Source of the DNA: the human T2T-CHM13v2.0 reference genome, Homo sapiens
DNA length: 64,000 nucleotides
Assembly (NCBI RefSeq): GCF_009914755.1
Contig: NC_060925.1
Reading direction: 5' to 3' (one strand)
Shown piece after piece: positions 1 through 23,389 of this stretch (positions are counted from its first letter, which is position 1; each line of letters starts with the position of its first letter). The translations under genes and the position numbers were made by a program. The notes beneath the pieces are model-generated. The model ran no database searches and was not told the origin of the DNA. It saw nothing but the letters and a program-made list of their open reading frames with translations.

Positions 1-484
1 AATCAAATCAGATGTGTTCAGATAACTGATCTTCACACTCATTAACTACTTGTTCTCACTTATTCCACAAGGCTAAATCTTGATGGTATTTTTTCTTCCA
101 CTTCACCTTCCGCATCTTTATTCTTTGAGTTCTAAGTTTCCAAAACAAAAGTCCCTTTCATGATCACATGAGCAATCCATGATTTCTTCCTGTTCTTTTT
201 CTTCTTATTCCCTTCCAACAGATTCCTTTCTCTAACTGCAGTTCCAGAATCCTTGAAAAAAGGAGATGGTGTGGAACATAATATAGTGATTTCTCTTAGA
301 GGGACTATTATTGGGAAAGGGAAAATAAATTATATCAGCCTGTTACATACTACATTTTATTTAATCCTAACAAATACCCTCGAGTGTATGTATTATTATA
401 TATACTTGCCAGACAAGGAAACCAAAGCTCAGAAATAAAATAACTTGGCTAAAGCCAAACAAATGACTAAAGGTAGCACTAGTT

Positions 485-785
<301 letters not shown>

Positions 786-2042
786 AATGCTAGGATTTAA
801 ACCAATGTCTGGCTGAAGCCAAAATTTATTCTCATTCCATTGTATTATATTTGTCTACTTGACTGCGAAAAGCTATGTTTAGGAAAGGGGGTGTCAATAA
901 AAGCAGTTCTGGTCAGAAGCTGAAGGAGCTGGCCAATAGCCCAGATGTGTCTTGCAGGTCTTTAAACCATTACAGAGGATCTCCTACATAGAGAACTACC
1001 ACTTCCAACTTTTTCACATCTCATAGAGTACTTCATTTCAAATGCCACAGCACTTGGGTGATACACCAAGCCAACACTCAATTATCCATGACCATGAAGG
1101 ACAAAAGGAGCGAGAAGCACAGGTCACTGCAATTTATAGCTACTTTAAAACACTCACTTCAGCCATTAGTTTCAACTTCCATTTCCCACCAAGCTTTGGA
1201 CTAAAGCAAGACAGAGAGCTCTAGGTTTTAATATCTTTGATGATTCTAGCTCATTGTCTTGGTTTCAGGGAGAGAGGCAAAAGTTAACAAATACTAAAAT
1301 GAAGAAAGAACAGCAAAAATAGGAAACAAGGCCAGGGGGAACAACTAGATAATTCAAAGATGCGTTCATCTGTTTCTCTTCTTTTCCTTCTCTATCCTCC
1401 TGGAATATGAGAATTCTTCATCTTCTCTCTTTTCTACCCTATCTCCATTTTCTAACAATAAAAGTTGATGCATTGTAAATATGTAAGCAGCAGTGGGTTG
1501 CCCCCCGCTCCTCCACCGCACTGCTGCAGGGAATAAATCTATGATAGAGCCAAAAGAATTGCCCAGGTGTCTCCTAATCTAAGCCTTCAGATCTCTCTTT
1601 ATGATCATTCCAAAAAATATGCCTGTCTTGGTAGTTTGCTGTGTTCCTCTTCTCATAGAGACAGTGTTCAGTTTCACTAATGAGTAGCAAACAATTTGTA
1701 GGAAAGCACCTGATTGATGAATGGAGAGCCACTTCCTTAGGCTGTGCCCATTCTTAATGGCAACTGAATCCAATTAGTTGTTCAACCAAATATTTACTGA
1801 ACTCCTATTAGAAGCAAGAGACTCTTGAGGGATTCAAAGATCCATAGGATATTGTTCCTGCCTGCCTTCAAGTAGCTTACTACCAAGGCTGTCTCCATTT
1901 TGTGAAAACTTTCCCTAAAAGCTATTTCATTTAATACTTTGAGACTAAACACTATTATTATTCGGTATGGATATAGACATGGTCACCTTGATTTATTTTG
2001 TTAATAATGTTTTGCTCCTTATCTATATTATTTTAAAATGTA

Positions 2043-3125
<1,083 letters not shown>

Positions 3126-3530
3126 ATAAAAAAAGTAAGCTCTACCACAATGCCTGGCAGGGACATATAAATTTACACAAAAAATAGCAATTTTATTATT
3201 GTCACTGCTATACACAATATTACATGTATATTATGACCAGTGCAGATGAAATTATACCTGCCTCTCATGTAATCTGGACATTATGCTCATAGTATTGTGC
3301 TCATGATGCTCATAGGCTTTCTAGAGAAGATAAACGCTTCATCTAGGTTTGGAGGGAAGAAAAAGCCATGGATTGGTTGGAGAGGATAGGAGAGGATACC
3401 TCTAATAGAAGGGAAAACAGTAGGCATTATACTAATTATAGTCCAAGATTGTGGTTGCCTAAATTCCTAAGTCATTTTTGACTCATCAAGTGAGGTTATT
3501 GACTATAAATAGGTTTTTGAGTCCAAATAG

Positions 3531-6265
<2,735 letters not shown>

Positions 6266-6828
6266 TAAAAGTACATAAACCCAGAATTCTTCCTTTTGGC
6301 ACCCATCCATTTTTACTACCCTGAACACCCTACCAAGACCATCTAAACTCATCTCCACACCCTTCCACCCTAGCCTGACAGCGAGTCAGTCAGTGCAGGC
6401 CCTGTTCTGGATGCTATGGAATATCCTGAAACCAAACATCTTGTGTAACAGTTGAAGTGAACAGGTGCTCATGTAAAAAGGTGATCTTAGAACACGTACA
6501 GAGCAGCTTTATGTGAAGCACAAATCAGTATGAGCAAACCAAGTCTATAAGTGCTGAGAGAAGGTCTAGGAAAGAACATAGAGTCAAGTGGGGTGCTTCA
6601 GAGAAGGCTTTCTATAGAAGGCTGGGAGGAAAAGCCGTGGAGTGGTTGGAGAGGTTGGGAGAGGGTGCCTCTAATAGAAGGGAAAAATTCTGAAGCCCAG
6701 ATGAGCACATTTTGCTTTAGAGGCTAGATTGAAGATTAGCTTGGCTCCAGCAGTGGCAATGAGCAGGGGAGATCTAGACAGGAGGTGAAGTCCACCCGCC
6801 CTGACACATCTCTGATCTCCGCCTTCAG

Positions 6829-7655
6829 ATGTGTCACCGGTGGTGGCCGGCCTCATCGGGGCCTCTGTGCTGGTGGTGTGTGTCTCGGTGACCGTCTTTG
6901 TCTGGTCATGCTGCCACCAGCAGGCAGAGAAGAAGCACAAGAACCCACCATACAAGTTTATTCACATGCTCAAAGGCATCAGCATATACCCAGAGACCCT
7001 CAGCAACAAGAAGAAAATCATCAAAGTGCGGAGAGACAAAGATGGTCCTGGGAGGGAAGGTGGACGTAGGAACCTGTTGGTGGACGCAGCAGAGGCTGGC
7101 CTGCTAAGCCGAGACAAAGATCCCAGGGGGCCTAGCTCTGGATCTTGTATAGACCAATTACCCATCAAAATGGACTATGGGGAAGAACTAAGGAGCCCTA
7201 TTACAAGCCTGACCCCTGGGGAGAGCAAAACCACCTCTCCATCATCTCCAGAGGAGGATGTCATGCTAGGATCCCTCACCTTCTCAGTGGACTATAACTT
7301 CCCGAAAAAAGCCCTGGTGGTGACAATCCAGGAGGCCCACGGGCTGCCAGTGATGGATGACCAGACCCAGGGATCTGACCCCTACATCAAAATGACCATC
7401 CTTCCTGACAAACGGCATCGGGTGAAGACCAGAGTGCTGCGGAAGACCCTGGACCCTGTGTTTGACGAGACCTTCACCTTCTATGGCATCCCCTACAGCC
7501 AGCTGCAGGACCTGGTGCTGCACTTCCTTGTCCTCAGCTTTGACCGCTTCTCTCGGGATGATGTCATTGGCGAGGTCATGGTGCCACTGGCAGGGGTGGA
7601 CCCCAGCACAGGCAAGGTACAACTGACCAGGGACATCATCAAAAGGAATATCCAG
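6829..7655 (+). CDS. SYT11: Synaptotagmin-11 exon 2 (TM segment, linker, C2A domain)
   Basis: Acceptor ccttcAG at 6827-6828, donor cag|GTgagt at 7656. Translation (D)VSPVVAGLIGASVLVVCVSVTVFVWSCC...GSDPYIK...LSFDRFSRDD...IIKRNIQ matches SYT11 and shows the SYT4/11-type C2A Asp-to-Ser (AGC 7536-7538). Confidence 0.98.
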
Positions 7656-8095
7656 GTGAGTAGGAAGTGTGTGTTGGGGAGCAATGGTAGGTTGGGGGAG
7701 AAAATATCTCAGGGGATAAATGGAAGTGGGAGGGGAGTGGGTTGGGTGGCAAAGAAGGGCTGTAGAGAGGAAGCTCTTGGATGTCAAGGATAAGCAGTGG
7801 TCAGAGTAAGACAGAGGGCCTGGCAGATGAGGTCTCCTCTAAGAAGCAACTTCCTGGTGAGAGAAGGTCCAATAGCTTTCACCATTTCACTTAGTGGTTG
7901 GCATCCTGATGCTGTCCAGCTTACTTGGAACAGGCTGGCCTACCATTTGTAGATCCTTCATTATATCAGGGATATGGGAGCTAATTTCCTCTCCAAAATG
8001 ATGTGATCTTCCTCCAGTGAATTTATTTTTCACAGCTGAGAAGCTATGACAATAATTCAGTAATTTTTCCCTCAGCTTCCCTTTCCCAACCCTAA

Positions 8096-8435
<340 letters not shown>

Positions 8436-8709
8436 GTCATGCACATGTCTTCTTATGACCATTTTACAATGCAATTCAATGAATTGCTTCACCCTTCTAG
8501 GCCCAAACCTTTGCCATAGACACTTCCCCTCTCTCCATTTCTCCTGTCCTCCCTCTTTGTATTAGAAGAGGGACGAGGGCCCTCCATCCTGCCTTCTCTC
8601 TCCCTCTTCCCACTGGACCGACATTGGCTCTTGAGTTGTAATTTCAGGAGCACAGTAAGTGTAGCCCCACCCAACCCCATTAGTTCATTTATTTCTTCCA
8701 CAACTGGGG

Positions 8710-9240
8710 AGGCAGTGAAATGCTGCAGTTAAACACTTGGGCTCCAGAATTGGACTGCACGACTTTACTCTCCAGCTTACCACTTGCCAGCCGTGTGACA
8801 CGGGTGAGTTACTCGACCCCTCTAAGCCTCTATTTTCTCATTTGTAAAATGGAGCTGATAATATTGTCTTCCTTACAGAGAATCAAATGAGATAATATGC
8901 CTGGCATATGATTGCCCTTGAAGAGGTTTCACTTTATTGAAGGAGAAAGACAAATATTTTTTGTAATTACTGTATAGTGAGTATGGTAGGTGCTATGAAA
9001 GAAGTTGTTGAAATTTTAAACTTAGAGTTTCATGTCTTTTTCAGGGTATAACATAAGTGGTTAAAATAGCAAGGACTTTGAAGTCAGACCTGAGTTTAAA
9101 TCCAAATTCCACCAGCTAAATGACCTTGGGCAAGCTGCTTCACTTTCGCTAAGTCTCAGTTTCTTATGGGAATAGAGTAGGATGATGATTTTATATAGCT
9201 ACTAGGACACAGTGAGCCTTCAATAAATTGTGACCGTTAC
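8710..9240 (+). mobile_element. Two MIR relics (~8710-8900, ~9045-9240)
   Basis: MIR core motifs TGACCTTGGGCAAG, CTCAGTTTC, TGTAAAATGG, ATCAAATGAGATAAT. Confidence 0.7.
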
Positions 9241-9805
9241 TATTATTGTTATTCCTATTATTAGTCAAGTTTGATACCTGGGTGATGCATGTGGTTTGTA
9301 AATATTTATATTTTGTTTTGACACAGTGAAGGAAGACAAGGGAGGAATTGGTGAAGGAGGTTAGGAAAGAATTTCGAGGCCACTAGAAACAACTGCACAT
9401 CTCCCAGAAAGAGCTCTGCCTGTGGGCAGATCATACTTATTTCTTGATACCTTTTTTACCTGCAAGTCCTCACTGGACTCAGTGGGTAGACAGGAGGCTC
9501 AGGACTGGATAGAAGAGGCTCCTAAGTTAGCAGGTGCAGAGTGTGCAGTGAGTACCCAGGAACAAGGTTTGCCTGCTGAAGAAGGGTACTGTGCCAAGTC
9601 TGGGTGGGGGACAGCAGGGAGCACACTTTGTGTGTGTGTATTCTTGCCTTCTCTGCTCTGTAGTAGGCACCTGTCCCCCTGCAGCCAGCCCGGTCCTGCC
9701 TTTCATTGCCTGAAGGAACTGCTACTGCCACCTGGCACACTCAGATCCATGTCACAGGGGCCAGGGAAGTCCAAGAATCTTGAAGAATATTAGACACATT
9801 TGTGA

Positions 9806-11307
9806 TTGTGATTTAGGGTAGAGGTGGCCCTCAGGACATCTGGCCCCAAGAAGGGTTTATTGAGGTTATGTTCATCCACCTAATACAAGGGCTCCTTGGC
9901 TAGAAAATCACTCTGAAAGAGGTTCTGCTAATTATAGGAAAACTTGGTGAACGTCAGAGCATAAACAAGACACTGCCACAACATCTTGTGGTTCTCAATG
10001 CCAGGATACAATGAGACATCCCAGAGTCCAGCCCTGAAGGGGTTTTCGCATCCTCTGAGACTGGAATCAGAAGGTGTGAATAGAAATGGAAGCAGTGGCC
10101 TGTTTCATCCCCTTCTCTCCCCTCCCCTGTCCCATCTTTTTTCCTCAGGGCTCTGCCGACCCATTCTGCTGTTTCCGTATTCCCTTCACAGCAGCTCCCA
10201 TCCTCTACTCCTTCCCTTGTCTACCTCTCCTTGAAGGAGGAGCCTTTCCAATACACCCTTCCCTGTGACTCCAACCTTGGTAAAGTCACCAACCAGCTGG
10301 ACTCCTCCAGACAGCTATACACTTGCAGCCCAAGGCTGGGAGTAGAACATGGCTCTGTGCCAAGCTGCAGCTGGGAAGAGACTGGCAATGAAAGGGACTG
10401 ATTTGGGCTGGGAACAAAACAGCCTCAAATCAAGGGCACTGGACACAGCACAGACAATGGCATTTGCTAAGCTGCCAGGGGCTCTTGGCAAGAGCCACAT
10501 TTCTTTCCACTTTATTAACTCCCTTGAGGAGGGATAAGCCAGGGCTAGGATCCTGAGCAACACATGCCCTGGAGAAGGCCCGAGATAGGATACCCAGAGC
10601 CTGTGCAGCCCCACCCTAGAGCCTTCCAGCCTCCCAGGCTTCCTAAACCCATTTTCCCAACCAGTGCCCGTAGGCAGGACTATGTTCCATCTGAGCCATG
10701 GCTGTCATCTCCCTAGTCACTCATCCACTAGGTTCCCTAGAAGTGCAGGCTGCAAATGTCTATCCCAAATCCTCCCTACCATAGCAAAGTAGGATCTCCC
10801 CTTGGTGAACGTCAGCTAGAGCTGCCCTGGACCATGCCACACTGGCTGTAAAGGGCTTTTTCCTGGTCTGGATTACATAGACCAGGAAAAAGCTACTGCA
10901 CTCTAGCCTGGATGACAGAAGGAGACCCTGTCTCAAAATAAAAAATAAAAAATAAAAAATAAAAAAATAAAAGAAAATATGGCCAGGCACAGTGGCTCAC
11001 CCCTGTAATACTAGCACTTTGGAAGGCCAAGGCGGGAAGCCCAGGAGTTTGAGGTTGCAGTGAGCTATTACCACAAACTGCACTCCAGACTGGGCAACAG
11101 ATCATGTATGTGTATTGCAGGGAGGAAAAGGGGGATGGGATTGAATGTTAAGGTTTTGTTTTCCCATGGTTGTGATTTAGGCTAGAGGTGGCCCTCAGGA
11201 CATCTGGCCTCAAGAAGGGTTTATTGAGCTTATGATGGTCCACCTAATACAAGGGCTCCTTGGCTAGAAAATCACTCTGAAAGAGGTTCTGCTAATTATA
11301 GGAAAAC
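9806..11307 (+). repeat. 138-bp direct repeat pair (9806-9943 and 11170-11307)
   Basis: Manual alignment: 6 mismatches in 138 nt, no gaps. Confidence 0.95.
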
Positions 11308-12009
11308 AGACTATCCCTTGCCTAAGTATTATTTCTTCTGAGTGTATTCTTTAGGACCACTGTTCCTGTTCCTCTGTTCCACTGAAGGAGCAAGGAGATT
11401 GCCCTCAGAGAGCCGAGCCCCGCAGCTCTGTCAGGCATGAGAAAATCCTTTCTCCCCCTTGTCCTTCTGCTTGCCTGCCCCCCAACAGGGCCTTTGCCTC
11501 ACTAGGCCAAGGGGCTGGGAAACAGAGCTTGCTCACAGCCTTCAATGGCTCTTTCAAAAGAAAGAGCCATTGACATAGCTACTTGGAATGGGAATTGGGT
11601 AGAAAGAGAAAGGGAGGGAGCTTGAGGGAATGACATTAAATTGCCTTCAATGCAGAATGGAGTGGCATTCAGGTGGTGTTGTGGCTACAGACTTGGGCAT
11701 CACAAAGCGGCGCTGAGTGGGGATGGGCATGCTGCCCGTGTGAGATGGCACAAGGTGAAGGAGGGATCAGATGGAGGACAGTTGCCTGAGGAGTGATTTT
11801 AAGGGAGAAAAAAATGAAAAGGGTAACCAGAAGTTGTCAACTTTCCCAAAAAACTAGGAAAGAGGCATGGGGATTTTGATTAGGAAGATTTTCCTAGAAT
11901 GGATGATTTAGGATACAGAATTTTAAATAAGTAATCGGGAAACCTAAGCTATAATCTTGTCATTCGTGTTATTCTTGCAAATAAAACTGTGCTTTTAAAA
12001 TCAGATGTC

Positions 12010-18316
<6,307 letters not shown>

Positions 18317-18615
18317 GAGAAATAGTCAGGATTTGAATCCAGGCTAATCTGGCTCCAGAGGTCATGCTCATAAATCCAAGGCTATGTGGGCTCTCCATGC
18401 AAATTATTTAATATCAGAATTATGGTTATAATGTTTCCTTTCTCCCTCCTTGTTAAATAAAATCATAACACCTTTCCAGGGGATGAGCATCTTTCCAAAA
18501 AACTTATCATCCCTGCACTTGTCCTCCCCCAGACTCTTCCCACTGCTCTGCACACTTTTTGTGCTCTGCCCTGCACCCTCTGCCAGGATTCTCACCTGCC
18601 ATTTTTTCCTCACAG

Positions 18616-18739
18616 AAGTGCATCAGCAGAGGGGAGCTCCAGGTGTCTCTGTCATATCAGCCTGTGGCACAGAGAATGACAGTGGTGGTCCTCAAAGCCA
18701 GACACTTGCCGAAGATGGATATCACCGGTCTCTCAGGTA
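18616..18739 (+). CDS. SYT11: Synaptotagmin-11 exon 3 (start of C2B)
   Basis: Acceptor ttcctcacAG at 18614-18615; encodes [16 protein letters not shown]...KMDITGLSG. End at 18739 (GC donor 18740-18741) gives the remembered reference GLSGNPY and 431 aa; a GT donor at 18737 would end the exon at 18736. Confidence 0.93.
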
Positions 18740-19313
18740 GCAGCTATTTACTTCAACCTATTTCTTACTGTCTGAACCATCCCCGACTCCTTGCCTGTGG
18801 CCCAGATAGACCTCCACACTTCAAGATCCTTGCCTCTTTCACTTTTAATCTGCTCCTCTTTCTGTAGACATTCTCTTCCTGATGAGTATCTACGTCCAAT
18901 AGATTTCCCTGGCTAGGAAGATTCTTCAGTTGAACAAATGGGGTCTTTACATTTGGCAAGGTATCCTAAATAATATTCATGCCAGGTGCTAAGAGAGACT
19001 TCTCAAAAAGGCTGCAGGCATTTGTCTCTGTGCCCTTTAATATACTTCTTGGTATCATGGGATTTCTTCAGACCTAACCTGAGAAAGTTGTTCTGTTCTA
19101 TTCCTGCTTGGTTTCCTTGGCCCCTCATCCAGGCAGGCAGACTCACATATAGTCAGTGTGTGTTTATTGTGCAATCACTAAAGAACACATGGGATGGCCA
19201 TCAAAGATACGAACAACAGAGCCCCCCCTTTCCCAACATGAAATTACCATTACATAGGAGAGGACTGTGTCATAGGTCTGTCTCCCTTTTTCTTATCTCT
19301 TTGGGGGCCCCAG

Positions 19314-19624
19314 ATCCTTATGTCAAGGTGAACGTCTACTACGGCAGAAAGCGCATTGCCAAGAAGAAAACCCATGTGAAGAAGTGCACTTTGAACCCCA
19401 TCTTCAATGAATCTTTCATCTACGACATCCCCACTGACCTCCTGCCTGATATCAGCATCGAGTTCCTCGTTATCGACTTCGATCGCACCACCAAGAATGA
19501 GGTGGTGGGGAGGCTGATCCTGGGGGCACACAGTGTCACAGCCAGTGGTGCTGAACACTGGAGAGAGGTCTGCGAGAGCCCCCGCAAGCCTGTGGCCAAG
19601 TGGCACAGTCTGAGCGAGTACTAA
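19314..19624 (+). CDS. SYT11: Synaptotagmin-11 exon 4 coding part (rest of C2B, stop TAA)
   Basis: Acceptor ccccAG at 19312-19313; encodes PYVKVNVYYGRKRIAKKKT...KPVAKWHSLSEY*, with the synaptotagmin WHxL C-terminal motif. Confidence 0.98.
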
Positions 19625-19834
19625 TCCTGTTCTTCTCTCCTCTAATCCCCGGGGGCCAAGCTGGGGAGGGATGTGGAGGGGAAAAAGATGACAGAGAAGT
19701 GGACTCCAAACCTCATTTTAGTTGTAGAAGAAAATTTCTTACAAAACAAATTCCACAAAGAACACCCTATATGACCACAGCTGCAGATCAGTTCTTAGCA
19801 ATGATGTTTTTTTTTCTGCTTTGCAAGGCGCTAG

Positions 19835-20223
<389 letters not shown>

Positions 20224-21367
20224 TAACCATATACTTGCATGTCTAATACAAACTGAAGAAATTAGCCTAACTGCCAATATCAAGTTGCAGATTTTAATCC
20301 ATGGAAATTGTGTTTTGTGCTGAATTGTATTTGCTGATTACCTGAAATTGGCTTCTTTTTATTGGGCTTCTCTGGAGAATTTCTCCCACTCCCCACCTCT
20401 GCAGAAGAAAATTTTGCTCTTATAAAACCTCATGTTTTCATCATTCCCATCTTTTCTTTTTATTGCCTCTTATATCTCTGCTCTTTGACCTCAAGGTCTA
20501 GAGGTCTGCAGTAAGCCAAGAAACAAAGGTGGGGTGGATGAGGCAAGGTTTGCAGGAGAAAGAGGAATTGAGAAATGGGGTATTTTTGCTATCAGCTCTT
20601 CTGCTATGAAGTAGTAAAAGGCAGTCTATAATTAACTGACAGACCTAACTGAAGCACAGAGAATACATCAGACTTATGCATCCAAGACATCAGAACTTGG
20701 ATTTTATCAAACTTGATGACTTCTCTAAAAGGAGCTTTGGAAACTTCAAATTCAGCTATAGGATAGTACCAATGAACACATCCAGCTGATCCCAAAAGCT
20801 GTTTTCAGGTATAAGGACAAGGAGAGGAGACAAGTGACGACAGCCATTCCCCTTTGCAGCTATCTACTGTAGTGACAGCCATTTCTTGGTTGATGGGTTG
20901 GAAGTCATCAGAGGTTTGAAGAATTACACTGGCCTTTGTTTTTCTGGAAATGCCGACCATGGAGATGCTTTAGAGTCTTCTCAAATAGCTTAGATGTTGT
21001 AATGAGGTTAGCTTTGCTTCATAAAACAGGGGCCCTCAGAAGTTCTCCTTAAATTTTTCAATAAAAATTTAGCTCTTAAAAAAATAACAGTGTGACTGAG
21101 TGAATGAAGATAAGTTGGATTCTTTCAGAGCATTCTTTTCCTCAAAACGAGCTGCATAATTCTTGGAATTTATGTCTTACCACATGGTGGAGGGATGGAG
21201 GAACTACAGGATGCAATTCTTCTTCTACCAATGGGCAATAGAGGTTGAGAGAGATTCAGCATCTTTCTGGGATTAGAATTCAAGTCTCTTTACTCCTACA
21301 GCAGCTGTGTCTCCAACGTTGAGACTTTGCAGATGGCACAGACTCCATGGATAATAGGTAAACTTGG

Positions 21368-21680
<313 letters not shown>

Positions 21681-23286
21681 CTAGGTAAACTTGGATAGGC
21701 AGTAGATATTTTTGCCCACCTGAGGAGGAACTCAGTCAAGCTGTTGCTTAACAGCTTGATCCAGGGCGTGAAAGGTTAGTTGAGACTGAAGTGTTCACTT
21801 CCATAGAAGAACATCACTTTTAACCTTGCTTTGGCGAAGGGAGTCGGAAAGCTGAGTCTCTATGGACGGGGGGGTGATCTTGCTTTCAGTGTTCCCTCAG
21901 CTTTTGTGGATTTAAAACCATTCTGCTCCCCCTAAACCTTTTGTTTGATTTCAGCCCATGTTCTTGACAATGCAGAGCAATTCTGAGCAGTCACAAAGCC
22001 TACTCTCTGTTCTTGTCCCTGCCAACCCCCACCCCCCATAATCTGACTCACAACTTCACCATCAGTTGGGGTCATACCACTAGTCTCTGTCCTATACCCC
22101 ATGAAATGTAAATACTGTATCATAAGTAGAAGAAAATAATTTTTGTTTTCTAAAAATGCATTTTGAGATAGTTTAATGTAAATCTGACAGGAGCATTCTG
22201 AAGCCCCATTAGGAAAAAATTTAAATGGTTCCTCTTCATCGCCTTAATGTCTAAAGATCAGAAATCGCTGAGCAAACCCGCTTTTGTTTCCTTCCCAGAA
22301 ACAATGCAAAACAACAGGTGGAGATAGTCTGGTCTTTGCCCTGCTGTGTGTGCCTCTGTAGCTCCTCCTGACAAACGTCTGGGAAAACAGCCTCACCCCA
22401 CTCTCCTCTCTCTTCCCCATTTCCTTGTAGCTTTATTCCTTGCATCTTTGGGTCTACTGAGCAGTGGGTGCTGAGGTGACAGGGGAGGAACCAGTTGTTC
22501 TGTAGCCTAGGAACTGCCTCAGTGTCTTTGCCAGAAAAAGGCAAAGAGGCGGACAGTGCAGGGCTCCTCCCTCCTACCTCAGGCCTGATCCATCGTGCCC
22601 TTGACTTTGCCGTCTCAAAGTTTCTTAGCTGACTTTGGCTTTCACATTTGTTCTTTCCAGAGCTAACTGATAAGAGTGGAGGAGGAATGCCTTCTCCTAA
22701 GAGTCAGTTGAAAGAAAGACAAGAGAGTCACATCTTAGCTTTTGCACAAGGCATTCGTGGTCAGGAATAGGTTAGGGAATGGTCACTTCTGATTTTCCAA
22801 CAGTTGCTCCTTCTCTGAAGAGATCTTGATTCCTTTGGGAAGACAAGAATTTTTCTTAATAACAAAGGTCCCTTTATGAGTTATTCCTTCTTTCAGTTCA
22901 TCTCACTGGAGCACAGCCAAGATGGACATGTTTATGGACAGTGCTCTAGATGTGAAAACAGATAGAACTGGTTTGTGGGACAGGGGCAGCTTGCTCAGGA
23001 GAGGGAATAACGCAGGTCCCTTTTCTTGGAAGGCTTGTACTATGGCCATGACAGTGACATTGCCCTCACCATGATCCCTCTCCAAAGTGGTTGTCTTTCT
23101 TTACCTTGTGTCTTCTCTTGTAAAAATGAAACTCAAAAATAAAATAAATGTGTCAAATTTTGAAAAAAAAAGAAAACTGAAAAAGCTAACATGAATTGTG
23201 TGAAATTGCATAATGCTGTAATGCTAATCTACAATATGTAATGCTATCTTGTATGTTGAATTTGTTAATGCACCACACAAGTGCAA

Positions 23287-23292
23287 AATAAA
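23287..23292 (+). terminator. SYT11: SYT11 distal polyadenylation signal AATAAA
   Basis: Canonical hexamer preceded by several UGUA motifs at the end of the UTR block. Confidence 0.7.
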
Positions 23293-23389
23293 GACTGATT
23301 CACATTACATAGGCACAGTGATGTCAGCCTGATTCTCTGGAAAGCTGGAGGACTCTCAGTGAGGTTAACACTCAGACTCCAAAAGGATG

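Noticed and set aside
6962-7787. Antisense ORFs over SYT11 exon 2 (also 19250-19606 over exon 4)
   Set aside because: Shadow frames of GC-rich coding sequence with no independent gene signals.
6831-7793. 320-aa ORF as a single-exon protein
   Set aside because: It is SYT11 exon 2 read past its donor; it begins at a GTG inside the exon, and the true start is in exon 1 outside the window.
9422-10614. Several non-Alu ORFs in SYT11 intron 2
   Set aside because: Short, no recognisable domain, no coherent splice structure.
18986-19313. N-terminal part of the 212-aa ORF
   Set aside because: Intron 3 sequence that happens to be open in frame with exon 4; no domain-like content.
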